NCBI RefSeq assembly: GCF_964204645.1
Contig: NC_134025.1
Coordinates: 28,376,299 to 28,440,298 of the forward strand
DNA from: Tubulanus polymorphus
Taxonomy: Eukaryota > Animalia > Nemertea
DNA: 64,000 nucleotides
Reading direction: 5' to 3'
Shown here: positions 1 to 31,800 of the stretch, piece by piece
Position numbering within the stretch: the stretch's first letter is position 1
Layout: each line of letters begins with the position of its first letter
The notes under the pieces: model-generated
What the model was told of the DNA's origin: nothing
Databases searched by the model: none
What the model saw: only the letters and a program-made list of their open reading frames with translations
Made by a program: the position numbers and the translations under genes

Positions 1-199
1 AAAAAATGAGAAAAATTGATGTCTGTTTAAAGATTTTTGAAAAATCTTGACAATCAAAAAAAACAATTTCCAGAAAAGTTGATGTCAAGATATTTATGCC
101 ATAAGCTGTGGAACTCAGAATTTTGAGAAAACCCTCATTTGGCGGATTAGAATTCCTAGTCATGTTTGAAGATGAAATTTTGATGCTATGTAATTTCAG

Positions 200-410
200 G
201 AAGCCCAAAAATTCGAAGGATCTGAAAGCAGAACCACAAGAGGTTAAAGTGAGGAAGAAACCTGGTCCAAAACCTAAGAATAAAGACAACAAGGAACCTA
301 AAGAGAAAAGGGAGCCAAAGAAAAAGAAGGAGGTCAAGGAAAAGGTTCCGAAAATTAAAAAAGAGAAGACACCTAAGAAGCAGGAAAAGGAAGAAGATGA
401 AAATGAATGA
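200..410 (+). CDS. Terminal coding exon of an upstream gene (Lys/Glu-rich, low-complexity C-terminus); identity unknown
   Basis: Acceptor ttttcag-like site (taatttcag) ends at 199. Open frame KPKNSKDLKAEPQEVKVRKKPGPKPK...EEDENE to TGA 408-410. AATAAA at 653-658. The rest of the gene lies outside the window. Confidence 0.6.
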
Positions 411-1411
411 GATTGCTCTTTCTTATGTGTTCAGCTTATGTTGTAGAACATTGTAATAACAGTGCATTTAATTGATCTATCAGCATCTAATACATTAGCT
501 TTAGTAGTGTAATGTGTGCTGGCTAAAGTATCTATCATTGATTTAAGTGTATATAGCAGTAGATTTTTTGAAAATCTATATGTGTTATTTATTTAATTTT
601 GCAAAATGTATAGTGAATTGATTTTCTGTACCGGCAATATGCTTTATATATGAATAAATTGTTTTATGAGGAATCATGTTTTATTCATCGTTGTCATATT
701 TGATCTTATCAGAGGATAGAAAATGGGCGATTCAAAATATTCAGTCGAGTATTCCAGTATCATCATCAGTGTCTTGCGAGGATAAGGGAACTGGACAGGT
801 CTCTTAAGAGAACTTAACAGGATGAATCCGGGCAGAAAGCATGAATGCAGATCCATACCCAGGCCAAGAGAGGCTCATTCATTCGAGCCAATATAGGATG
901 CAATGCAAATGATGCAAGTGTGGGTCTATAGGCTATTGACATCAATGTAATACTACCGGTAAATGTCCTGTCGCCTTCTATTGCACATACCAAGAGTAAC
1001 TTCTAGTGACTCCTTAAATATCACGACCATGGAGCTGTGATAATATCAACGATAAGGAATTACATACCACAATAAGTCAGTCACGACATGAGAACTACGA
1101 ATTGACTTTCATTTTTTATTCAAATAATCCTTTAACAAAAAGTTTACAGTTCTACAATATAGTATGTAAGCTTGCTGTATTTGGCAAACCTGAAGAAGCT
1201 ATTACAGTTATTGGTGACAACAGATTCCGGTTTAACTAAACACAATTTCATCTATAATATTCTTAATATTATATGAACACTGGAAATATAAATGGATAAG
1301 TACGTGATTTAACATAGTAACTAAATGGTGCAGATTTTAATATGACTGATTCACTTATCGAATTATCAACCCTCACTGAATGTACCAATACGAATGGGAG
1401 TCAACATAAAC

Positions 1412-1604
1412 CAGGAGCGGATCCAGAGTCGGTTCAAGGACAAGGGAGCGAGAAAACAACAGAAAAGATGACGAAAATATCGAAAATCCCGATAAAACTA
1501 TGGAGCCATCATTGGAGGCACCAGACCACGTAGTGACAGTGCTACAAGGGGAACTTCAGAAATGGTGATAATGTAACATCTGCTGGTATCTGAATCCACC
1601 CCTG
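1412..1604. mobile_element. Degenerate MITE-like element (CAGGGGCGGATCCAG-type termini) in the MRCK 3' UTR
   Basis: caggagcggatccag at ~1412 is inversely matched by ctgaatccacccctg at ~1590-1604. Related termini occur at ~57953-58162. Confidence 0.45.
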
Positions 1605-3723
1605 TCACAGCATGAAAATCGGACTAAAAATTAACGCTTATTTTTTTCTACGATTTCATGTTATTGTTCTGCAGCACCATAAACAAAGGCAAGATAAAGC
1701 AAATAAACAACAACTTACACAAAAAGTGGAGGTAGAAGTGGATTGTGACCATACTAGGGTAAATTCGTCGAGATTCAATCAAATCAATATCAAATTTCGA
1801 TTTCAATATAATGCCCCTACGCGTGCACGAAACATCCGAGTCAAATAGTATCAGTCTCCAGTAATTCAAGTACGGTAAATGCTTTTAACTGTATGCTTGT
1901 TAAGGATATATTATTACATACACACAGTTCCGAGAAAGCGTTGTACGTTAAAACGTACAGCCAGCTTCTCATGTACAGTGTCATATGTAGTAAATGATAA
2001 AATTTACTAAAATCGTTTACAAAAAAAAAAAACAAAAATTACCAGCAGTACAAAACAAAATCAGTTAATATTGTGTTATAGAACGCTGCGTTAAGCGATA
2101 TAAGTGACAGACAACCAAGCAATTTATAAAGATTTACTACTACAACAATATTATCAATGTACATGCTTAAAAACATGGATGAAAAACTTTGAATTTTTGT
2201 CCAAATTTATTTGTTGAAGGACAACACAACCATCTCAGAGGTTCATATTTCTGCATGTACAACAACTCCCTAGTTATTTGAATTAAATTTGAATCTAATA
2301 ATCTTTCAGTGAAATTTGAAACTTGAATTCCTGTATGCGATTTGACGATACAAATGTAAAGAATATACAAACATTAAAGATAAAATGGGGGTTTAAAGAA
2401 TTGTAGTTCTGCACATCACTTCACACTAACGCACACATATCACATTTTTAGCAATAATTACATGACTATTTACACTGATTCTTTTTAGATAAACAGCGAG
2501 CTTTTACAAAGCTAATAACCTTTTCTATGCATGTCCAGTTATGATTTTAGACATTTTTATCTACAGAAGTACTTTATCTTGTCCGCGAGTAGTTTCGTAT
2601 CTACAAGTGCATTTCGATTGCATCTACACACAAACACTCATTTCATAAAACAAAAATCATTACACAGTAATTCTTTTTTTTTTTCTCATACTATAATTGA
2701 TCAATACGACTCATCATTTATAAGGTGGTCTCGTGGTAAGAATCTATCCTATAATTTATAGTCATATGTAATTAAGTAATAACATTATTTGAAGTTAAAG
2801 AATGATCCTAGTGTTCATTTGTTAAGGTGGAATGAAAACCACAATGATAGGCTTCATGGAACAATTAAAGTAAATGCAGTCCTTGCTTCATTTATCATTC
2901 TGAATATAGATATCTTTATGCCGACAATACTGAAGATGTATCGTAATTAATGTATAGCATCAATATCTCACGGAGTTGATGACACTCAGAGTTGTTGAAC
3001 TTATTTTTTCAGTATTTTAAGATCACATCCAGCATTATATACAGAAATCTTCCCAGTAAACATGATCATCATTAGAACATCAATAAATAACATCAAAATA
3101 CTTTATACAAATTTACACTTAATAAATAAAATATAATCGATGCTGAAAAATTGTGAATAAACATCTTTTCATCGCGAGATTAGAAAAAGAACTTCGAAGC
3201 AAATCATACAAAACTTGTTTTAAGAAAGATTGTTCAGAAGATGCAGATCTATAAATTCACGAGCACCACAGTTATCTATTCATAACCAAGAATAGCAAAC
3301 AATGAGAATATCAGGGTCGAGATATACAGATGCGGTATACTAGTAATTTGCTAGGAGCGATATCGAGGAGGGAATTTACTAGAATATCTATGATCGCGAT
3401 AATGTTATCTCTCGAAAGGTACTACTACATAATAGGTGATGTTTCTACACCAGAATTCTGTAATTGATTCAAAATCTTGTTCAGTTCTCGTAGAAATGAA
3501 ACTAATGTCCATAAATAAAGCTTCAATTAGAACATTTAAAACGACACACGCACTGACAATATTTCATAATACAACATTGTTCGAGCATTCCGATGATGTG
3601 CAGTTGTGTATCGAGGGGTAGCACCTGAGAACTCTATGTGTGTAGCAGTAGTTGTTTCACGATCAGCCTAATTAAGTGTTTATAGTAGAAATAGTTCTGA
3701 ATAGAGAACGAGCGAGTAAAGTT

Positions 3724-22807
<19,084 letters not shown>

Positions 22808-23559
22808 CTCGTTATCGTAAATCTCTTATATAATTCAACTTATACATCTGAAAATGAAAATAAAATGCAGGCGTTAATTACAGTACACAATACATGTCTC
22901 ACACTCTACTGACTGTGTTAATTTGATTAAGGTCAAATGATCTGACTCAACGACCAGATTATAGCGCTCAGCCTAATTTCTGTGGTTTGTTAATTGCTTT
23001 GTAAGTAAACAGCTCATATTCACTGGTTCACCATGAACATAAAAACAAAGGGGGATCATTTTGAGCTTCTTGATTTATAGATTTTGAAAAAGCCAATGCA
23101 CAGAATTTGTAGGCTGATCAGTGCCACTAATAGTAACTGACTGTGGGTGTCTCCCTAGTTTATTGACTCAGTATTCCATTCCATTTAAAATCTCTGGTTA
23201 CACATTAATTACAAGCTCTGACTGACAGCACCATCTGACCGTTTCCTTTCTCTCGTAAACGGGTTATCTTTTTAAGGAGTCAATTAGCTATCATCAAACA
23301 AACAAGGCCTACCCGCGTAGTACACGTACAGTTATATACACCCCGGCTACACTTTTTAATGACGGCAGGAAAAAATACACACCCAAAGACTTCGTTTAGA
23401 GCCATACCAGGTCGAATTATCATCAGAAAATATATCCTATTCCCTGCATGTACACGATGTGCGCTTAATTCCGGTGTTAGGGGTTCATGATAATCCGTAT
23501 TTGTCTTATTATTCGAGATAATGAAAGAAAGAAGAAGCGTTTAATCCACTTTATGGAAA

Positions 23560-23900
23560 ACCGTAAAACGAAAAATGGCTGACATTCACGGAACTGTGGG
23601 TAAATCCGGTGGACTGTGGGTATTACGGGATTACGTCATTCCGGGGATTACATTTCGCCGAATATAATTTTTGTGTTCACAGAAATAACGTTAAAGAGAA
23701 AAAATCATCAGAATTTCGCATAAATTCAACATGATGTGCACAGTTTTCAAAAAGATACAAATTTGATATGAATCATGTATGCAATTAGTCTAAAGAGCTA
23801 GGATTGATTAAAATCCAAAATTTTGAAATACGCAAATATATGATACTTTTAGTGACGTCACTTCCTCGCTACCGAATTGTTTCAAAATGGCGACGTCCAT
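23560..23900. promoter_or_regulatory. Bidirectional promoter between MRCK (-) and CLHC1 (+)
   Basis: Two direct ACTGTGGGTA repeats (23590-23622, ZNF143/Staf-like on -), TTACGTCA (23631-23638), composite CRE-ETS GTGACGTCACTTCC (23852-23865), YY1-like AAAATGGCG (~23884-23892) and AAAATGGCT (~23572-23580). Divergent genes lie on both sides. Confidence 0.6.
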
Positions 23901-24177
23901 AAAATTTCGTTAAATGTCAATTTTCTGTATTTTCATCGCATTTCCATCCTTACAAAACATCGCCTGAGTAGTTATTCTGCGGGAAGATTCTCTCCATTGT
24001 AAGAATATGTTTCATGGTTCACTTTTAATGATAATCAAGTCAGTTGTTTAGGGATAGGATTCGAAAACTGGTTTGATTTATTGAACTGTGTAGGTAGTGT
24101 CACATGACATAACTCATCTGTTGACTTTGAGAATATAGTCGAAGAAAGAAGAAAGGCAAAAAGTCAAAGAGGGAAAG

Positions 24178-26636
24178 ATGTTGTCTGAAACGTGTACACC
24201 TTGTTCATCTCCGCATCCTGTTTTGCCACCGATAATTCGTAATGAAAGAGATCGTTTATTTCTACAATCGTTGACAAAAGATATCGACCACGAATTGCGA
24301 AAAATATCAGACCATCATCCGGACCAGAGATACGCATTGTTCAGAAAATCATTCGATAAGGTAGGTAAATTTTCTTGACCAATATGATTAAAGAATCCAA
24401 AAATTTCAATTCACGGTCTCCTTAATATGGCTCTTATTTTAGGTGATTGACCATGTCACTGCTTATAAACCAATACTGACAGCTATTCAGGCAGAATATG
24501 AAGAATGTATCGAAACTATCATTCGTGGAAACCAACAAGCTTTCTATCTGAATGGTAAATTGAAAGCTTTGGCTTCAGAACCGACAACAATGAGAAACTA
24601 CAAAAAACGAATCGATGAATTAGAGCAAAGGTAAAAAAGACGTCTGAATGATTACAGAACATATTTACTTTATTCACTTGTATTCTACTTAATGAATAAT
24701 TGTAATGAATAATTGGATTGAATTATCAATTCAGAATATCCGTTATTCGCGATAATAATCAACAATTGGCAGGAGAAATAGAAGATTTGAGTAGAATCAA
24801 AGAGGAAAGAGAATATCGTAGAAAACAGGTAGAAGAGCCACCGAAAAAAATTGTAAAGAAGGACAGCAGACAAATCCCTGGTATTTATAGGTAGTCTATT
24901 TACTGACAGAGATTTAATTTGTATATTTGTGTAAAGGTATTGGGTAATCTTTTATTTTAGGATTAACAATTGAGCAGAATACAGATATAGAACTTTTGAA
25001 AAAAGAGCTGACAAAAGTCGACAAACAGTTGAAAGAATTGCGCCATTCGGAAAGAGCTAAATATCAACCGCGTGAAATCAAAGAATCTTTGAGAGTTCAA
25101 CTTTCTTACAAAGCTGATTTGAGGGATACGTTGATTAATGATGATGAATATCTGAAAGAACGTATGAACAAATTGAAAGTAGCTCTAGAAGCAGCACGTG
25201 TTTATAATGAAATATGTCCTCCGCATCAGACTATCGGGGAAGTGATTACTGCAGCGTTACATAGAGATGTAGTTTCTGAAGCTCAGAAGAAGGACCAGGA
25301 GAGTAAAGATCAAGAGGAAAAAGGTATTTGTCAATTGATATCTTATAATTTTGATTTCTTTGAAGAAAATCCATCCTGATTTAGATGTTTGTTATTTCAT
25401 TCAGCGAGACTCGGTCCCGCTCAACTGAGGCGAGATACAGTCTTGTCTGAACGCGAGACTTCGTTAGCTTCTGTTGCTACATTCGAAGATGATGATCCTG
25501 CCAGGGAACAAGAAGCTGATGTTATACTAGACTATATCGAGAAATTTAATGAACTATTCGATAACGAAAAATACGAAGCCGCTGCCATTCATGCTGCTAA
25601 TAGTCCTAAAGGCATTCTTAGAAACATGGAAACACTGCTGAAGTTTAAAGGTTTGCCGATTTCCTTACATTAATATGTTTTCATTCATCGATATAATGCA
25701 AATTTTGACTTGTTCATTATTCTATAGTTGCAGTTGCAAAAGATGGTGAAAGAGAGCCACTTTTAGCATACTGCGATGCCATCATGTCATCAGTGCTGGC
25801 TATAGGAGTTATTCCTAGTGAAGAAATGTGTATTGAATGTGTACAAACTGCGTTAGCGAATAACAGATTAGATTTACTTTTACACTGGATTGCTCAAGAT
25901 AGGTTGGTTTGATAAACTCTACAGAGAAAATTGTTTTAAAGATTTCTCGAACCTAATCTCGAACGGCGTTTATTTCTCAGGTTGAAAATGACCGAACAGG
26001 TTGGAGATCTTGTTTGTAAAAGATGCATGTGTCAAGGATTGTGTTCATGTGGCTGTCAGGGAATGGCACAGAAGGTTTATACTGCGGTAGCCGCTCATGA
26101 CAAAGTTATAGGATGTATGTTACATCAGGGTAGAGTGATTAGTGCAGTAGAATACGCCGAACGTAAAGCTTCATACGATCAGAATAAATACGCTGAATTA
26201 TTAGAGGCATATCCGAGTCCACAGTTAGCACAGGCGTTATTCAGACCGTTCAATGATGGAAGTCGCCATCTTCCACTAGGAGTTGTTGTCCGTATACTCC
26301 TACATACAAACCTTTACGAACAAGGATTCCTGTTACTCAAAGATGTTATCACGAATCGAGAAGGTAGAGTTTTAATCGTGCTACAAAAATTATATCATCT
26401 TTCAATTTTTCATGAATTAAATACTCCTTTTGCTTACAGGTTCAGATGACCTGCATAACCTAATTTTTGAAGATAATGTGACAACGGAAAATGAATGGAT
26501 TGATATAGCGAATAAATGTGAAAATCATGGATTTGAGAATATCTCAGTTGAACTCCTCGCTGCAATAACTGTGACATCAGCAATGACATTAGCAGCTTCG
26601 ATTATAGACTACACTAAACGAACATTCGATGTCTGA
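24178..26636 (+). CDS. CLHC1: Clathrin heavy chain linker domain-containing protein 1
   Basis: Eight exons (24178-24360, 24443-24630, ~24734-24881, 24961-25323, ~25405-25650, ~25728-25901, 25981-26363, ~26440-26636). N-terminal PHPVLPPI / FDKVIDHVTAYKPILTAIQAEYE region and clathrin-linker segment YIEKFNELFDNEKYEAAAIHAANSPKGILRN. AATAAA at 26835-26840. Confidence 0.9.
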
Positions 26637-27204
26637 AACTAATATAATGAGGCTTCGATGTCCTTCATATGTTCTTTCTGCTGTCATGATATGGTTGATC
26701 TACTTTTTGTCATAAATATCTGTGATTTTATTTATTTTACAAAAGATGATGATTGCCCGAGAAATCTTCTTTTGTTCTAATCTATTCGGATGTAAAAACG
26801 AAGTATATTGCACTGTTTTGTAGTATTATGAACTAATAAAGTGTCTGTAACTGCTGTTATTCTTATGGCTGTTATGTATATATTTTCGTCTCTGGGGACT
26901 CGTCCTATAGTATACTGGTAGTATAAGTCTGAAGATTCACTGATTCAGATTCAGTACAAGACACTGAATCTCCTTCGCGATTCATGATTAAATCAACACA
27001 AACCATTTGCTTTAGAAATACATAGATAAGTTTATTTACGCAATAATGAGAATGAGTAACATCATTAAGTTACAAAATGAAGACCGCGGGATATGATTGC
27101 GGCCACATTTTTGCGAATACCCGGCAGTGACCGCGGCCGGCTTTCATGCCCGACCCTCTGTGGCATGCGAGGGGTATTCAAGGATGTGGCGCCATCTGTA
27201 AATA

Positions 27205-28210
27205 ATGGCTTCTGTCAGAAATGTATTGAAATCTGTCGATTTTGAGGTTTTTGGACGTGTACAAGGTATCTGTGCTATAATAATATTCACTCTTATCAGC
27301 ACTTAGGTTCATGAGATTATATAACTAGGTTTAGAGAAAATATTTGATGAAGGAAAAAGGCTTCAAGAGGGTAGCTGCTCTCATTAATTTCCAAACTTTA
27401 TTGCTTCCCAACTGACTTACTTTACTTAACTGATCGTTAACCCTTTCCCAATTTTCTATCCACAGGTGTTTTCTTTAGAAAGGTGAGTTAAGCGATTATC
27501 TTTTTTCTTTCGCATAATCTATCATCCAATCTATAAGTAGTACGGTATTTTCACATAGTCAGTAGCAGGTAATCAGAGTGCACACATGCGCATAACATAG
27601 GCCTATATTGGTCCAAAATAATCTTATACATTTCTTTTCAGTATACACGGAAAACTGCTCAGCAACATGGGTTAGTTGGATGGGTGATGAATACTTCAGC
27701 TGGCACGGTCAAAGGCCAAGTTCAAGGGCCTGAAGAAAAACTCATTTTGATGTAAGTTTATTAGATACATCTAGGGTAGATCGGTCTCCTATGATTGTCT
27801 ATTTCAGACATTTTTCTATTGTAGGAAAGATTGGCTTAAAAATAAAGGAAGTCCTTCATCCTGGATTAAAGAGTGTTTATTTTCTAATGAAAGAAATATC
27901 ACAAATTTAGAATATGAAAATTTCTTTGTTAAAGGTGGCTGGTGAAATAAATCCTCAAAACTAAAAATAGCATTTTGCGTTGTATAGAAATTCGCATTAT
28001 CATAAATATTTATTGTTTGAATGGAATTTGTTACACTTTTCATGTTTACATTTGTTACGATTGTTATACCATGTAGCATTTTGCATGTTTTGCAGGAAAA
28101 CTTGGTTGAAGACGAAAGGCAGTCCTAAATCCCGTATAGATAAATGTACATTTACCAATTTAAGGACATTAACTGCACTTGAATTCTCATCATTTGACAT
28201 CAAAAAGTAA
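27205..28210 (+). CDS. ACYP: Acylphosphatase, isoform using the distal last exon (exons 27205-27265, 27466-27482, 27642-27751, 28096-28210)
   Basis: Spliced translation [21 protein letters not shown]|VFFRK|[37 protein letters not shown]|[37 protein letters not shown]. Contains the signature GRVQGVFFR with the catalytic Arg and GWVxN with the catalytic Asn. All junctions are GT-AG and phase-compatible. AATAAA at 28339-28344. Confidence 0.95.
27825..27945 (+). CDS. ACYP: Acylphosphatase proximal alternative last exon (paralogous to 28096-28210)
   Basis: Acceptor tttttctattgtag ends at 27824, in the same phase as the distal exon. Encodes [39 protein letters not shown] with AATAAA at 27946-27951. 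Confidence 0.8.
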
Positions 28211-28871
28211 TGCATATAATCAGTAAAATGTAGTGCACTTGCATGAAAAGTTCTTCATCAATTTTCCTGCCATTTCAATCCCATTTATGTGAATGAAAAA
28301 GTTTTGTTAAAAATATAATTTTATAGTTTTACTGAGAGAATAAATATTTTTCGAGTAAAATTGGTTGTTGTGTTCTCTGAAGAAATCCAGGAATTTATTT
28401 CAAAATTTTCCGAATACTAAGGACCAGTAGGGAAGGTGGTGCAACTTTTGGATGGATACCAGTATAAGGAAAAAGCTCAAGACAGACCAAAACCATTACA
28501 ATTTCACAAAATTACAATATTTATTTTACATTCAATGAATTACATGATATCATATATTCAATGGCCTTACAAGGCTAAGTGTAAACAATTTAATTAAAAT
28601 CAATTTTCATTAAAAGCCGTCTCATTTGACACGCATGTACATGTAGTTATAAAATAAATGCACATAACTGAAGTCTCAATGATTTCATTGTTTATGGAGA
28701 CTGTGAAGTCCTAATGAACATCCATCTGTATGGATAGTGGGGTCGTATTATGTAACTATATTACAACTAAGATACCTAAAAGTAAATTTAAAAAAAGTCA
28801 GTTTTGACTACAAAAAATACATTTTCGGTGTTGGTTAATAAAGATTATAGGTAGCATACCTGCACGACTGA

Positions 28872-31800
28872 TCAGATAAACTTAGTTCTGTTGAGAGCCT
28901 TGTGGGCAAAATCATCATCAGTGATTTTATCCCAGTCGCTTTGTCCCATGCCGATCATGAATCCAATTTCACGTTTTCGTACTTGATCTTTGCCCTCTTC
29001 GATATCAGCCCAACGAACCTATAAAAGTAAATCCATCATTAAGTTAACCTGAATAATCCGAAAGAGTTTGAATAATAAACATCGACCAATTCAGGAGTTC
29101 TATGTACCCTCTTCTTTCCAGGTTCATTAGTAGATGTTCTCGACGTGTAGTCGCTTAACTTCAGAAACTCTTCAAGTCCAGCAGGAGAATCTTCACGTTT
29201 TCTCTTCATGTTGAACCCATCCAGTCGATCTGAAATTATCAAGCGCCCAATACTCAGAAACCTGTTCGCAAATTGTTTACACAAAGCAATAGATGTGTTT
29301 GAAAATTAGATAGTAATTAAATAGTTCACTTCGACAACCACAGAAGTTTTAAAGCTTTTTACAAATTATAGATTTAAGTTGAAAACAGTATCTAAATGTA
29401 CGTCGATAGTAACAAATGAGCGAATAAAGTCAAATAAATCAAAACAAGCTTCTGATGCGAATTCAACAACTTTTATTTATGATAGAAATCTTATCAATGA
29501 TATACAATGTATATGTATTTTCAGATGGAAAGTCCCAAATAAAAAAGCGCGCTCATCTTTCGCTAACCAAGACGCGTATTCAGATTAAAATGTGCTCCTT
29601 CCCTAACTCCAAGCTCGCCGAAAACAACACATTATTCTCCTCTAGTTGAGCAAGTTTTTGTGATGATGCTCAGGCTCCTGTGGAGTTTCTAGCTCTTTAC
29701 TGGGTATATGAATTAGTGCTCCTTAGAATCACAATTAAATAAATGATTGTTGCGCAGTACAAAAATAAATAGAACCTTTCGTTTATGTTATATATTTGCA
29801 TCTTGTATAATGATTATAATCATTATACGCTGAAATTGCAGGTGGATTAACATTCCTTACAGCAATCATGATTGTTAAAAGGTATAATCACAGGGTTTTT
29901 GAGACTTGATCTCTTTGTGTCAACAGAATAGTGGCAAGAACAGCACATGGGGTCAGGTGAATTTTACACCCATAAAACTTTTTTTTTAGCCCAGAACATT
30001 AAACTTATCGATTCATTTGCCATGAATGTAATAGGAGCATTTTAGAATGTAAAAATATAATGCGGTTATGCGATCTCTCGTGCCTGCGTGGGATCTAGGG
30101 AACTTCGATAACCTACGCAAGTGGCAACCAGGTCATTCACCTACTGAAGATGTCCTGTGCCCATGGAGGCCACAGGTAACATACAAATAAATATATAGTG
30201 GAATGAGAAATACATATTTCTCACACGCCAGTTGAACCTCTGTTCTATTATGTGTTAGTCATGTGCTCAATAAACATTTCTCTGCTGTATAAGGTACTAT
30301 TGCCGCACTTCCCCGAAATTTGATTTTGGGGTTCACTGCAGGCCACATTATTGTTTTCAACTTACGGCACTGCCATTGTGCCAGTTCATGCAGATACCTA
30401 TCAGTGTGCGAAAAATCATGAAGATACAGTAACCACTGAGTTAAATCAGCTTGTTACCGCTATTAATAACATAGATCTGCAGTACGTATGTATCATTAGA
30501 ATTAGTCTTCCTGATGAGATCGATCTTTTGCCGCCAGGATATATTTTATTCATTAAGAATATATGGTTTTTAAATGGTTTATTTGGTTTGTTTACATTAC
30601 AAACACATAATATTCCCCTGTGTTTGACAGAACAAAGAACCATTTCACAACAAAGGCATAATGTACTGGAACATCAATTAGAGCTTCATTTCGTTATAAA
30701 ACTTGACCACCTTTTTAATGTACTGGTGTGTATTTCTTATGTGATAGTGGTCTCCTTTTTTCAAGATAGAATAGTTACTTCAGACCAACCAACAAACACT
30801 GCAAATTTCACGCGAACACAATTCATAATCAACCATCAGGTAAAAACTGATGTCAAAAGTAAAATCATGAAGAAAATGCACTTTGTTTACTATGCACCAA
30901 ATATCAGAACTAACAACATGTTCATCGTATGTAATTGTGACTGATTCACAGCACAGCTGGGTAAAGCAAGAGGAGAGGAATAGCTTTTTAAACTACCGGT
31001 ATAAATACAAAAGCTCTCAATTAAAAAACTGAGGTAAAACCTCAAAATATTTAATGAGACGAGACATCACAACATGTTTCAAATATTTGAAATTCCTTGC
31101 TTCAAGTTTCAATTGACAGTTTTCATATTTCAATATAGATTTTTCATTTTGTACATGGCTATATTAAAATCTATAACTCAAAGATCTAATACTAGATATT
31201 TCCATTTTCCTAGCCTGTACTCGTTTTATTGAAACGGTTACTTTTTCGTTGAGTAGCAATTCTCAAATTTGTTCTGAATATACAGCAGCAACCAGTATCA
31301 CCGGCTTATCACAACCACCGACGGTAGGTTCTATATTCGACGTTTTAAAAACAAAATCACACTTTGCATTTCAATCTTCCTTCGAAAACATTTCAAGCAC
31401 GCTTAATATTCACACTTCTGATAATGGTTTCGACTTGAAACGAACCATCGCGCAATCAGTTGTAATTTCAGTATCGTGTATATTACTGGTATATCATTTA
31501 TTGTCTGTCACATCAAAATAATCGCGATTGTATTCAAACTGCTCACAAAAAACCCCCCTGATCGTGGAAACAGTGAAAGAAAAATAAAGACAGGCTTTTG
31601 AAGAGATTTATTAAATATATAAAGTGGATATAATAATTTTCTCTAATCTACTAATGATGTTGTACAACACCATAGTTATGTGGATGAAAAAAGCTGCATT
31701 TGGGTTCAGTAAAATGGTACCACTTCCTGTAAAATGTATGACAACATAATATCAATGAGTTCTACTCACCCAACTTAGCCTCTGATGTATCCAATTCCCA

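Noticed and set aside
30351-30944. 197-aa + strand ORF nested in a YLPM1 intron
   Set aside because: Non-ATG start, composition typical of AT-rich non-coding DNA, and no recognisable motif or splice support.
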